NCBI GenBank assembly: GCA_017507805.1
Contig: JAFWAC010000001.1
Coordinates: 23,695-87,694 of the forward strand
Direction of reading: 5' to 3'
Source: Clostridia bacterium
GTDB lineage: Bacteria; Bacillota; Clostridia; Oscillospirales; Acutalibacteraceae
DNA length: 64,000 nucleotides
Shown here: piece by piece, positions 24,972 to 34,734 of the stretch
How the letters are laid out: every line of letters begins with the position of its first letter
Position numbering within the stretch: position 1 is the stretch's first letter
Program-made: the position numbers and the translations under genes
Notes under the pieces: model-generated
What the model saw: only the letters and a program-made list of their open reading frames with translations
Told to the model about the DNA's origin: nothing
Database searches by the model: none

Positions 24972-27900
24972 AATCTGGTTTGTGTCGGGAAGGTCGTTCA
25001 TTGCGCCCAAATCCGAAAGATTTTGAATTATGGTTTTGGAGACACCTGCTTCAAGCTGGAAATCCTCACGTGAGACAAAATTACCCTTTTGGGCGGCTTC
25101 GTATATAGAGTATGCCGCCTTTTCACCGACACCGCTGAGGGCGCCGAAGGGCAGACGCATTTTGCCGTTTTCGGGTACATATTTCATCGCGTGGGATTTA
25201 TTCAAATCAATAGGTAAAACACCTATTCCTCTTGACATCATCTCATTGAAAATAAGCATATTCTCATAAACATCAAGCTCTTTTTTGGTGGCATCCTTGC
25301 CCTTTGCCTTAATATCACGGATAAACCGCTTGACAGCCTCGTGTCCCTGAATTATGGTTGGCACATCCACATCCTCGGGACGGGCGGTGAAATAGGCGCA
25401 GTAAAACTCCAGGGGCTTATGCACCTTGTACCACGCAACCCTTATTGCGGCGGTAACATAAGCCGCGGCGTGAGCCTTGGGGAACATATACTTAATTTTA
25501 TAACAACTGTTGATATACCATTCGGGTACATTAACGGCGCGCATATCGTCCTCCATTGCGCCCCATTCCTCTTTGGAAACCTTGCCTTTGGCAACAAGTC
25601 CCTTACGCACCGTTTCGGTAATCTTAAAGGCTCTGCCCTCCTCCATACCCTGATGGATAAGGTAAACCATTATGTTGTCACGCGTACCGATAACCTCCGA
25701 AATGGTGCAGGTGCCGTTTTCGATAAGGTCTTTAGCATTGCCGAGGTAAACATCGGTACCGTGGGAAAGTCCCGAAATCTGCAAAAGGTCGGAGAAATTC
25801 TTAGGCTTACAGTCCACCAGCATTCCGCGGACAAAGCTTGTACCGAATTCGGGTATACAGTATGTACCTGTGGGGGAGTCGATTTCCTCGGGTGTAACAC
25901 CCAAAGCCTCGGTAGAGGTGAAAAGACTGTAAACCGCGGGGTCGCTCATCGAAACATCACTTACGGATATTCCCGAATATTCCTCAAGATACTTGTAGGT
26001 AGTGGGGATTACATGCCCCAGCTCATCCAGCTTCAAAATGGTATCGTGGATAGAATGGAAGTCAAAATGGGTGGTAACAACATCGGAGTTGACATCGTCT
26101 GCAGGGTGCTGAACGGGGCAGAAATCGTAAATTTCCTTATCCCTCGGCACAACAATCATACCTGCAGGGTGCTGACCTGTTGTGGTCTTGACCTGTGCGC
26201 CCTCAACCAGCTTTGCCAAGCGGTTAAGCTCGGCATTGCTGAGTGTCACGCCCTTTTTCTCAGCATAAGCCTTGGCAAAGCCGAAAGCGGTTTTTTCGGC
26301 AACGGTTGAAATTGTACCTGCCTTGAAAACATTTTCGCTTCCGAACATAGTCTCGGTGTATTTTTGCACCTGTGTCTGGAATTCGTTGGAGAAGTTAAGG
26401 TCTATATCGGGCACCTTGTCGCCCTTAAAGCCCAAAAAGGTTTCAAAGGGAATGTCGTGACCGTCACGCTCCATCATTTCTCCGCATTCGGGACAAGCCT
26501 TTTCGGGCAGGTCAAAGCCCGAGCCTACAGAGCCGTCCGTGAAAAATTCGCTGTGACAGCATTTGGGGCAGACATAGTGCGGAGCTAAGGGATTAACCTC
26601 CGAAATACCTGCCATTGTGGCAACAAAAGAGGAGCCAACCGAGCCACGCGAGCCTACAAGGTAGCCGTTTTCCTCACTGTAAGCCACCAGCTTTTGCGCC
26701 GAAATATACATTATCGAGAAGCCGTTGTTGATAATTGAATTAAGCTCCTTTTCAAGCCGTTTTTCAACTATTTCGGGTACATTTTCCCCGTATTTTTTAT
26801 GTGCGTTATCCCAGCAAATGCGCCTCAGCTCATCGTCCGACCCCTCGATTACGGGGGGATAGTTTCCGTCAGGCACAGGGATAACATCGCCGTCCACCAT
26901 ATCGGCAATTTTATTTGGGTTATCAATAACAAATTCCTTTGCGCGGTCACCGAAATAATCAAAATCAGCAAGCATTTCCTCTGTGGTTTTGAAGTAAAGC
27001 GGAGCCTGATTGTCGAAATCATCAAAGCCCTGCCCTGCCATAAGGATTTTGCGGATAATTTCATCGCTCTTTTTAAGAAAATGCACATCACCCGTTGCAA
27101 CAACGGGAAGCCCAAGCTCGTCCGCCAATTCAACCACCTTGCGGTTAAAGTCCTTCAAAACCTCGTCACTTGTGACCTTGCGGAATTTATTGGGAATAAC
27201 TGCCCCCGTCTTTTTGTCCTTTTTATCGGGCAATCCCGATTCCCTTACCATAAATTGGTTGTTGCCCAAGGGCTGAATTTCAAGATAATCGTAAAAGCTT
27301 GCAATCCTTATAAGCTCCTCGTGGGGCTTTTCCTCAATGATTGCCTGAAAAAGGTCGCCCTGCTCACAGGCACTGCCGATGATAAGCCCCTCGCGCAGAG
27401 CTTCAAGCTTGCTTCTCAGGGTTATGGGCTTGCCGTGAAAATCCTTCAGGTGGGCTTCGGAAATCAGCTTGTAAAGATTTTTAAGTCCTGCAAGATTTTT
27501 AACCAATATAATCTGGTGGTGGCGAAGCTTGCCTATCTGCTTGGCGTTAAGCTCGGAAATATCGTTGGCTATATCGTCCACGAAATAGGCTTCCACACCG
27601 TAGATAACCTTAAAATCTCCGCCACCCTTGCGGATGCCCTTAACCGCGCCTGCCGCTGTGGGGTATGCCTGAACAACACCGTGGTCGGTGATGGCAACTG
27701 CCTTGTGTCCCCAGCTAAAGGCTTGGTTTATAATATCCGCCGCAGAGGAAACGGCATCCTTTGCCGACATATTTGTGTGGCAGTGAAGCTCCACACGCTT
27801 TTCGCCCTCGTAGCTGTCGGTCTCGGTATATTTCTGCAAAAGCGCCATCGCCTTTGGCTTTACGCGGAAATCCTTTTTATAATCGTCAAATTCGTAAGCA

Positions 27901-28793
27901 CCGCTGACAAGAACAAAAGCACCCTTTTTAACGGGGGCAACATCACCCGTCCGATTTTTATCAATAAACATCGAGGCGGTGAGAGAATTGGTATAATCAC
28001 TAAAGGAAAAGGTGAAAATATTACTTTCGCCGCGCTTGGTGTTAATGGTGCGCATTTCGGTCTCGAAAACCTCACCCCAACAGCAAATATCCGTGTCATC
28101 GCCCGTGACATCTATCATCTGCTTGATATTGCCCTCTATCCGTCTGCCGTAGAAAAGCTTGGGGTTGTCAAGGTAAACCACACCGTTTTGGGGCTTTTCT
28201 GCCCTTTTTTCAAACTTAATTTCGGGCTTTGGCGGCGGTGGTGCGCCCTCGCTTCTTTGGGGCTTGGCAGGCGCACTGCTAACGGTGGGCTCGGGGTCGG
28301 GAAGCACGATTTCCATATCCTCAAGCTGACCTTCAAAGCTAACCTCCGCCTCTATACCGAAGCGGCCGATGATGCATTTTGTAAAGTTTTTGAGGAAATC
28401 GGTTTCACAGATTTTTTTATAGCCGCCGTGTTTGAGGGTAATTGTGATTTTTTCACCCTCAAGGCGATAGTCCGCGCCCCCGAAATAACCGTTGAGCGCG
28501 GCATTTTTCATTTTAAGCTCTGCCGCAATATCGGCACAGGCTTCGGCGCAAAAAGCGCCCTGCCCAAAGGTAAACTCAATAAAACATTTCTCTAATTTCA
28601 GCGCCGATTTTATGGTTTGGGTAACATTAAGCTGTGTCTGGCGGTTTATGTAGCTCTCGGAAAAAATCACAGCAATAATACTGCGGTTTTCCGTATCCAA
28701 CGCGCATTTTTCAACCGCGGCATTTCCCAAATCCGTATTCTTTTCCTGTGGCACAAGCGCACCGAAAACATCTGAAAAGGTAGCCTTTGGCAT
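24960..28793 (-). CDS. polC: DNA polymerase III PolC-type catalytic subunit, lacking the internal 3'-5' exonuclease domain
   Basis: 1277 aa. OB fold. PHP motif ELHCHTNMS..ITDHG. Zn module CPKCCH..CPECG. Polymerase core. No ExoI/II/III motifs. Confidence 0.93.
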   Translation of the reverse strand: MPKATFSDVFGALVPQEKNTDLGNAAVEKCALDTENRSIIAVIFSESYINRQTQLNVTQTIKSALKLEKCFIEFTFGQGAFCAEACADIAAELKMKNAALNGYFGGADYRLEGEKITITLKHGGYKKICETDFLKNFTKCIIGRFGIEAEVSFEGQLEDMEIVLPDPEPTVSSAPAKPQRSEGAPPPPKPEIKFEKRAEKPQNGVVYLDNPKLFYGRRIEGNIKQMIDVTGDDTDICCWGEVFETEMRTINTKRGESNIFTFSFSDYTNSLTASMFIDKNRTGDVAPVKKGAFVLVSGAYEFDDYKKDFRVKPKAMALLQKYTETDSYEGEKRVELHCHTNMSAKDAVSSAADIINQAFSWGHKAVAITDHGVVQAYPTAAGAVKGIRKGGGDFKVIYGVEAYFVDDIANDISELNAKQIGKLRHHQIILVKNLAGLKNLYKLISEAHLKDFHGKPITLRSKLEALREGLIIGSACEQGDLFQAIIEEKPHEELIRIASFYDYLEIQPLGNNQFMVRESGLPDKKDKKTGAVIPNKFRKVTSDEVLKDFNRKVVELADELGLPVVATGDVHFLKKSDEIIRKILMAGQGFDDFDNQAPLYFKTTEEMLADFDYFGDRAKEFVIDNPNKIADMVDGDVIPVPDGNYPPVIEGSDDELRRICWDNAHKKYGENVPEIVEKRLEKELNSIINNGFSIMYISAQKLVAYSEENGYLVGSRGSVGSSFVATMAGISEVNPLAPHYVCPKCCHSEFFTDGSVGSGFDLPEKACPECGEMMERDGHDIPFETFLGFKGDKVPDIDLNFSNEFQTQVQKYTETMFGSENVFKAGTISTVAEKTAFGFAKAYAEKKGVTLSNAELNRLAKLVEGAQVKTTTGQHPAGMIVVPRDKEIYDFCPVQHPADDVNSDVVTTHFDFHSIHDTILKLDELGHVIPTTYKYLEEYSGISVSDVSMSDPAVYSLFTSTEALGVTPEEIDSPTGTYCIPEFGTSFVRGMLVDCKPKNFSDLLQISGLSHGTDVYLGNAKDLIENGTCTISEVIGTRDNIMVYLIHQGMEEGRAFKITETVRKGLVAKGKVSKEEWGAMEDDMRAVNVPEWYINSCYKIKYMFPKAHAAAYVTAAIRVAWYKVHKPLEFYCAYFTARPEDVDVPTIIQGHEAVKRFIRDIKAKGKDATKKELDVYENMLIFNEMMSRGIGVLPIDLNKSHAMKYVPENGKMRLPFGALSGVGEKAAYSIYEAAQKGNFVSREDFQLEAGVSKTIIQNLSDLGAMNDLPDTNQISMF

Positions 28794-28814
28794 CTGTTTT
28801 ACAACTCCGTTTTT

Positions 28815-29867
28815 TTACATTTTTTCTATCTCGTCAAGTAAAGCGTCAAGAAGCTCCGCTTCGGGCAAACGGCGGATAATCTCACCCTTTTTGAAAATCA
28901 CTCCGCAACCGTCACCGCCGGCAATGCCGATATCCGCGGCGGATGCTTCGCCCGGACCGTTTACAACACAGCCCATAATTGCAACCGTGATATCCTTGTT
29001 CACTCCTTCGAGCCTTTTTTCAGCTTCCTTTGCAATTTCTATGAGATTAATTTTGGTCCGTCCGCAGGTCGGGCAGGAAACAAGTGTCACGCCGCCCTTT
29101 CTCACTCCTATCGCTTTGAGCAGCTTTTTGCCTGCCTCGACCTCCTTCACGGGGTCATCTGTCAAAGAAATACGAATGGTTGCGCCGATATTTCGGAGCA
29201 AAAGACCGCCTATTCCTGCAGCCGATTTTATAACCCCCATACCCTCTGTGCCTGCCTCGGTAACACCCAAGTGAAGCGGATAGGGGCATTTTTCTGCCGC
29301 CAGCTCGTATGCCTTATACATTCTCGCCGTATCGGAGGATTTGAGCGACAGCACAATATCGTGAAAATCAAATTTTTCAAGCAGAGAAATATGATAAAGT
29401 CCGCTTTCCACCATAGCTTCGGGTGTGGCAGAGCCGTATTTTGCAAGGATATTTTTCTCAAGCGAGCCTGAATTTACCCCTATTCTTATCGGCACATTGC
29501 GGCTTCTGCAGGCATCTGCTACCAGCTTCACCTTATCGTCCGAGCCGATATTTCCCGGGTTAATTCTCACCTTATCCACACCTGCGGCAATGCTTTCAAG
29601 CGCCAAGCGGTAATCAAAGTGAATATCCGCAACAAGGGGAATAGAAATATTTTCTTTGAGGGCTTCCACCGTTTTAAGCGCCCTCTTGTCGGGCACAGTA
29701 ACACGCACAATGTCACAGCCTGCCGCCTGCAAGCGGCGGGCCTGTTCAACATTGCCCTCTATATCGTGAACGGGCACACAAAGCATTGACTGCACCGTTA
29801 TCGGCGCACCTCCGCCTATAAATGTGTTTCCCACCTTCACTTTCACGGTTTTATCGTTGGTATACAT
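28815..29867 (-). CDS. ispG: 4-hydroxy-3-methylbut-2-en-1-yl diphosphate synthase
   Basis: 350 aa. GcpE family. C-terminal 4Fe-4S cysteines (SCPTCGRT ... GCVVNGPGE). Confidence 0.95.
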   Translation of the reverse strand: MYTNDKTVKVKVGNTFIGGGAPITVQSMLCVPVHDIEGNVEQARRLQAAGCDIVRVTVPDKRALKTVEALKENISIPLVADIHFDYRLALESIAAGVDKVRINPGNIGSDDKVKLVADACRSRNVPIRIGVNSGSLEKNILAKYGSATPEAMVESGLYHISLLEKFDFHDIVLSLKSSDTARMYKAYELAAEKCPYPLHLGVTEAGTEGMGVIKSAAGIGGLLLRNIGATIRISLTDDPVKEVEAGKKLLKAIGVRKGGVTLVSCPTCGRTKINLIEIAKEAEKRLEGVNKDITVAIMGCVVNGPGEASAADIGIAGGDGCGVIFKKGEIIRRLPEAELLDALLDEIEKM

Positions 29868-29880
29868 AAAAAATCAATCC

Positions 29881-30930
29881 TTAAAAAACAAGTGATAAAA
29901 TATCCTTTGCGGCTATCAGCACCATTAGTCCCATCAAAATCGCAAAGCCAACCGCGTGAACTGCCGCCTCGTATTTCTGAGGGACAGGCTTTCTGAAAAT
30001 CATTTCAATCAGTATGAAAAGCAGTCTGCCGCCGTCAAGGGCAGGAATGGGCAACAGATTAAAAAGTCCCAGATTAATGGTTATAAGCGCCATAATCGGC
30101 AACAGGTTCTGAAGGCTTTGCTTTGCCGCATTGCTGATTGCCACCGTCACCCCGACAGGGCCGGAAACCGCGCTGATACCGTATTTCCCGCTTAAAAGGT
30201 CTATGAGACTGCGCCAAACCACCGCGCAATAGGAAACCGCGGTTTTCACCGTCTGCTTTATATATGAGCCGACCGTTTTCTTTATCCCGTAAACCTTGAA
30301 ATCCACCGTAAGGTAGGTTATGCCCTGCTCCTCGGCAGTATCAAAGGAAACTCCTCTGAGCAAAACCTCTTTCCCGTCACGAAGGACGGTTATATCAAGC
30401 TTTCCGTCCTTAACATTTGTAAAGGCATAGCTCAAATCGTAGGTGGTGAATATTTTTCTGCCGTTTACTTCGGCAATGCGGTCGTTTATTTCAAGCCCCG
30501 ACTGCTGACTCACAGCATTTTCGTCAAACTCGGCTATAACAGTCGAGGTGAAAGCCTTTGACGGAGCCAATATTACTGCCACAATTATAAGTCCCAACAA
30601 AAGGTTGAAAAGCGCGCCCATTACCACAATAATAAATCTGCGCCACGGCGCTTTATTGCAAAATGCCCGTGTGTCGGAGCTTGTTTCGTCCTCTCCCTCC
30701 ATTGCGCAATAGCCGCCCAAGGGAATGAGGTTAAGAGCATATTTTGTCTCCCCCCACTGTTTAGCAAAGAGCTTCGGACCGAAACCTATGGCAAATTCGT
30801 TGACACGGACGCCCATAAGCTTTGCGGCAATGAAATGCCCGAATTCGTGTATTGTTATAAGCAGAATAAAAAGAAGTATCGCCACAAGATATGGCCAGAC
30901 ATTGTTCCAAAGGTTTAAAATCGTAATCAC
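29881..30930 (-). CDS. rseP: RIP metalloprotease RseP (M50 site-2 protease)
   Basis: 349 aa. HEFGHF zinc motif. PDZ-like insert. NLLPIPALDGG. Confidence 0.93.
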   Translation of the reverse strand: MITILNLWNNVWPYLVAILLFILLITIHEFGHFIAAKLMGVRVNEFAIGFGPKLFAKQWGETKYALNLIPLGGYCAMEGEDETSSDTRAFCNKAPWRRFIIVVMGALFNLLLGLIIVAVILAPSKAFTSTVIAEFDENAVSQQSGLEINDRIAEVNGRKIFTTYDLSYAFTNVKDGKLDITVLRDGKEVLLRGVSFDTAEEQGITYLTVDFKVYGIKKTVGSYIKQTVKTAVSYCAVVWRSLIDLLSGKYGISAVSGPVGVTVAISNAAKQSLQNLLPIMALITINLGLFNLLPIPALDGGRLLFILIEMIFRKPVPQKYEAAVHAVGFAILMGLMVLIAAKDILSLVF

Positions 30931-31041
30931 CTACAAAAAGTTAATTAAAGGCTTATCGCCCCAGACTGTAGACAAAGCCTATTTTAGGTGGTTGTCTCAC
31001 TAAGGTTAAGATACGCAATTACCGAAGCGGTTTCAACATTG

Positions 31042-31170
31042 GCTCCCTCTGATGAGGGAGCTGTCACCGGAAGGTGACTGAGGGAGAGAAAAACAAAAAT
31101 TCATCGCGGTTTCACCCTTTCTCTCCCTCCGTCAAAACTTCGTTTTGCCACCTCCCTCGTCAGAGGGAGG
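31042..31170. repeat. S-element copy b
   Basis: Same module order as 6898..7028. Interior hairpins GTCACC-GGAA-GGTGAC and CAAAAC-TTC-GTTTTG. Lies between dxr and rseP. Confidence 0.85.
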
Positions 31171-31185
31171 CTGTGTTTGGCGTGT

Positions 31186-32319
31186 CTATACTTTTAGGCT
31201 TATCGCCCGTGCCGCTTTATCGGCTTCCAAAATATCCTCTAAAGTAAATTCTCTTTTATTATTCACATTAACAAGGGCTTTTTCCACCAAATCGGCAATT
31301 TGCAGGAATTTAATTTTGCCCTCTAAGAAAAGGCGCACCGCCTCTTCGTTAGCTCCGTTTACAGCGGTCGGCGCAAGACCGCCCCTGTTTATTGCCTCGA
31401 TACAAAGTCCCAAGCAACGGAAGGTATCCAAGTCGGGCTTTTCAAAGGTAAGGGTGCCAATATCCGAAAGGCTTAAATGCTCAAAGGCAAAGTCGCTTCT
31501 TTCGGGGTAGGTCAGGGCATACTGAATGGGCAGGCGCATATCGGGTGTGCCAAGCTGTGCAATAACTGCACCGTCCGACAGCTCAACTCCCGAATGAACA
31601 ATACTTTGTCTGTGCACCAGCACCTCAATCTGTGAAGCCGTAACACCGAAAAGATGCACCGCCTCAATAACCTCAAGTCCTTTGTTCATCAAGGTTGCCG
31701 AGTCAATGGTGATTTTAGCACCCATCGACCAATTCGGATGATTAAGCGCTTCTTTCACGGTCACATTTTCCAAATCGGCGCGTTTTTTGCCGTAAAAAGG
31801 GCCGCCCGAAGCGGTTAGTAATATTTTTTTCAGGGATTTTTCGGGTGTGCCCTGCAGGGATTGAAAAATTGCCGAATGTTCACTGTCCACCGGCAGAATT
31901 TTAACACCCTTTTCTCTTGCGGCTTTGTTTACAAGCTCGCCGCCTGTGACAAGGGTTTCCTTATTTGCAAGGGCGATTGTTTTGCCTGCCTCGATTGCGG
32001 CAAGTGTGGGGCGAAGCCCTGCGATACCCACAATGGAGTTAAGCACAATCTCGCCCTCGCCCTGTGCGGCGGCGCAAACGCCCTCCACACCCGACAGCAC
32101 CTTTATATCGGTATCCTTAAGCTTTATTGCAAGCTCCCTTGCGGCATTTTCATTAAAAACCGCAACAACCGCGGGCTTGAATTCACGCGCCTGTTTTTCC
32201 AAAAGCTCTGTGTTTCTACCTGCCGCCAACGCGGTAACGCGGTAGCCGTCCCTGCGGCAAACCTCAAGCGCCTGAGTACCGATTGAGCCGGTAGAGCCTA
32301 AAATTATCAAGCTTTTCAT
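31186..32319 (-). CDS. dxr: 1-deoxy-D-xylulose-5-phosphate reductoisomerase
   Basis: 377 aa. GSTGSIG NADPH motif. Dxr family throughout. Confidence 0.96.
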   Translation of the reverse strand: MKSLIILGSTGSIGTQALEVCRRDGYRVTALAAGRNTELLEKQAREFKPAVVAVFNENAARELAIKLKDTDIKVLSGVEGVCAAAQGEGEIVLNSIVGIAGLRPTLAAIEAGKTIALANKETLVTGGELVNKAAREKGVKILPVDSEHSAIFQSLQGTPEKSLKKILLTASGGPFYGKKRADLENVTVKEALNHPNWSMGAKITIDSATLMNKGLEVIEAVHLFGVTASQIEVLVHRQSIVHSGVELSDGAVIAQLGTPDMRLPIQYALTYPERSDFAFEHLSLSDIGTLTFEKPDLDTFRCLGLCIEAINRGGLAPTAVNGANEEAVRLFLEGKIKFLQIADLVEKALVNVNNKREFTLEDILEADKAARAISLKV

Positions 32320-33114
32320 TTATATTACCCCGTATACTATAAGCATAAAAAGCATTGGCACTATCATTATTATGCTGTCAACACGGTCTAAAATACCACC
32401 GTGACCGGGAATAAGGCTTCCGTAATCCTTAAGTCCCACAGCTCTTTTGATTGAGGAAGCAAACAAATCACCCAGCATACCTATAACGCAAAAGGGGATT
32501 GTGAGAACAATGGGCAGCAGCATTGCTTTTTTGAAGCAGAGGGTTAAAATCACGGTGACAATTACACTCGCGGCTATTCCGCCGATTGCGCCCTCCACCG
32601 TCTTTTTGGGGCTTACATTCGGGCAAAGCTTGTGCTTGCCCAAAAAGCTTCCTGTAAAGTAAGCCCCCATATCGCAGACACTTGAAAAATTAAGCAGCAG
32701 CAAAAGATAGTAAATACCGCCGAATTTTTTATTCAGCACAAACTCTAAGCAGAAAAAGGCAAAGCCCAATGCCAAGGGCAGACCGCAAAGAGATGCTATA
32801 TGCGCGAGGGTAAGCTCCTTATTATTCTTAAGGACGATTACCACCGCAAAAAGGAAATAAATAATACTCACAAAAAAGAAGGAATGGTAGGTATACCGTG
32901 TTGCAAGCACCGCAAGTCCTGCATAAATACAAGCGCCTATTATCGCCGCCTTCGATTTTATCCCAACCGCGTTGTGTATAAGCTCATAAGCGGCGCCTGC
33001 CGCAATAAGCGCAACCGCAACCGTGATTATAAAGGAATTTAAAAGATACCCTGCCGCCAAAACCGCCGCAACAATAGCTCCCATTACAATTCCCGAAATT
33101 ATCCTCGTCTTCAT
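32320..33114 (-). CDS. cdsA: phosphatidate cytidylyltransferase
   Basis: 264 aa. Signature SSIKRAVGLKDYGSLIPGHGGILDRVDS. Confidence 0.94.
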   Translation of the reverse strand: MKTRIISGIVMGAIVAAVLAAGYLLNSFIITVAVALIAAGAAYELIHNAVGIKSKAAIIGACIYAGLAVLATRYTYHSFFFVSIIYFLFAVVIVLKNNKELTLAHIASLCGLPLALGFAFFCLEFVLNKKFGGIYYLLLLLNFSSVCDMGAYFTGSFLGKHKLCPNVSPKKTVEGAIGGIAASVIVTVILTLCFKKAMLLPIVLTIPFCVIGMLGDLFASSIKRAVGLKDYGSLIPGHGGILDRVDSIIMIVPMLFMLIVYGVI

Positions 33115-33330
33115 ATTTTTAGTCCGCCTTTACTGTTTACTAATGCTAAGCTTTTACCCCGATGGGGAGTTTGTATGAAATTCACAGCTTTTTAATCCGC
33201 CTTTACATTGTAATGAATAGTGAATAATGAATAATGAATAATGAATAATTAATGTGTCGGCGGTGCCGACATTATATATCGTGCTGAAGGCACACCTTAC
33301 CGATTCACTTTTCACTATTATCTTTTACCT
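33115..33330 (-). repeat. R-element copy a: ~210-nt structured repeat ending at the cdsA start codon
   Basis: Minus strand is homologous to 45070..45277 (about 97% over the first 85 nt, about 80% over the rest, by eye). Contains a (TGAATAA)n tandem repeat at 33216..33250. Confidence 0.8.
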
Positions 33331-33352
33331 GTTTGGTTTTTTCAAAACCAAA

Positions 33353-34066
33353 CTATACTCCTCCGAAGCGGCGGTTGCGGTGATTATATTCATCAATCGC
33401 CCTTTCCAGATGCTTAGGTCTGAAATCGGGCCACAAAATGTCCGAAAACCAATATTCCGCATAAGCCGACTGCCAGATAAGATAATTTGAAAGCCTGTAT
33501 TCACCGCTTGGTCTGATAATAAAATCAGGATCGGGCATACCGGCTGTGTAAAGATGTGCCGAAACCGTCTCCTCGGTGATTTCCCCGGCAGGGATACCCT
33601 CGGCAACGATTTTTCTCACCGCGCGGGTAATTTCATCCTTACCGCCATAGTTTATGGCAATGTTAAGGTTCAGTCCCGTAGCCTCCTTAGAGCCGTCCTC
33701 GTTCTTTTTTATGAGCGCCTTAATATCCTCGTCAAGCACCTCTAAATTACCGATAAACCGAACTCTTATATTTTCGTCCTTAAAATTCTCGGCATCCTTA
33801 AGGTAATCGCGCAAAAGCTTCATAATACCCTCCACCTCGTCCTTGGGCCTTTTCCAATTTTCGGTGGAAAAGGCGTAAACCGTGAGGTATTTAAGCCCGA
33901 TTTTGTTGCAATATCTTGCAATATCCTTAAAGGTTTTAGCTCCGGCAACATGCCCTGCCGAGCGCGGCAGGGAGCGCTTCTTTGCCCATCTGCCGTTCCC
34001 GTCCATTATTATTGCAATATGGGTTGGCAGTATGCGCTCAAGGTTTTTCTTTTTCATAAATGCCAT
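33353..34066 (-). CDS. uppS: isoprenyl transferase (undecaprenyl diphosphate synthase)
   Basis: HIAIIMDGNGRWA motif. Start placed at the ATG at 34066 (GGTGGTG RBS); the ORF is open to 34087. Confidence 0.93.
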   Translation of the reverse strand: MAFMKKKNLERILPTHIAIIMDGNGRWAKKRSLPRSAGHVAGAKTFKDIARYCNKIGLKYLTVYAFSTENWKRPKDEVEGIMKLLRDYLKDAENFKDENIRVRFIGNLEVLDEDIKALIKKNEDGSKEATGLNLNIAINYGGKDEITRAVRKIVAEGIPAGEITEETVSAHLYTAGMPDPDFIIRPSGEYRLSNYLIWQSAYAEYWFSDILWPDFRPKHLERAIDEYNHRNRRFGGV

Positions 34067-34167
34067 AAAAGCACCACCAAACAGCAAAATGCAGGGGTCG
34101 CTGCCAACATCGGCCCAAAGCTCGGGCGGACGAAGGGCAACCGCCCCTGCAAAGTGAATTTTATTTA

Positions 34168-34722
34168 TTAGATTTCAAGAATTTCCTTTTCCTTGATACC
34201 TGCAAGCTCGTCTATTTCCTTGCAGTATTTATCGGTGAGGTTTTGTATCTGCTTTTCGCCGTTTGCAACATCGTCCTCTGTAACGGTGTTTGCCTTTTTG
34301 AGGGCTTTAAGCTTTTCGATAGCATCTCTGCGTGTGTTTCTTATTGCAACCTTGCTGTCCTCTGCAAATTTCTTGACATCCTTAACGATTTCCTTTCTGC
34401 GCTCCTCGGTAAGAGGGGGGAAGGAAAGGCGGATAACTCTACCGTCATTCTGAGGGTTAATTCCAATGTCAGAGGTCTGGATTGCCTTTTCAATGGTCTT
34501 AAGTGTTGAAGCGTCCCAAGGCTGAATCATAAGCACGCGCGGCTCGGGAGTTGAAACAGCCGCCATCTGCTGAATGGGGGTGGGTGCGCCGTAATAATCA
34601 ACGGTGATACGGTCTAAAACAGAGGCATTTGCTCTGCCTGCGCGTATAGATTTATAATCTCTCTCCAAAACGGCAACCGTTTTGTTCATCTTTTCCTCGG
34701 TATTTTTAATTAATTCTTTCAT
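34168..34722 (-). CDS. frr: ribosome recycling factor
   Basis: 184 aa. Canonical Frr sequence and pyrH-frr-uppS-cdsA synteny. Confidence 0.97.
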   Translation of the reverse strand: MKELIKNTEEKMNKTVAVLERDYKSIRAGRANASVLDRITVDYYGAPTPIQQMAAVSTPEPRVLMIQPWDASTLKTIEKAIQTSDIGINPQNDGRVIRLSFPPLTEERRKEIVKDVKKFAEDSKVAIRNTRRDAIEKLKALKKANTVTEDDVANGEKQIQNLTDKYCKEIDELAGIKEKEILEI

Positions 34723-34734
34723 AAACCTTTCTCC

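Noticed and set aside
26799-28595. 598-aa plus-strand ORF. Also 25341..26309 (322 aa) and several shorter ORFs inside the polC region.
   Set aside because: They lie antisense to a full-length, motif-rich PolC reading frame. Their translations are low-complexity with no recognisable motifs. These are typical shadow ORFs of a long gene.
31145-31510. 121-aa plus-strand ORF starting inside S-element copy b.
   Set aside because: It begins inside a repeat and runs antisense to the conserved dxr 3' end, so it is a shadow ORF.
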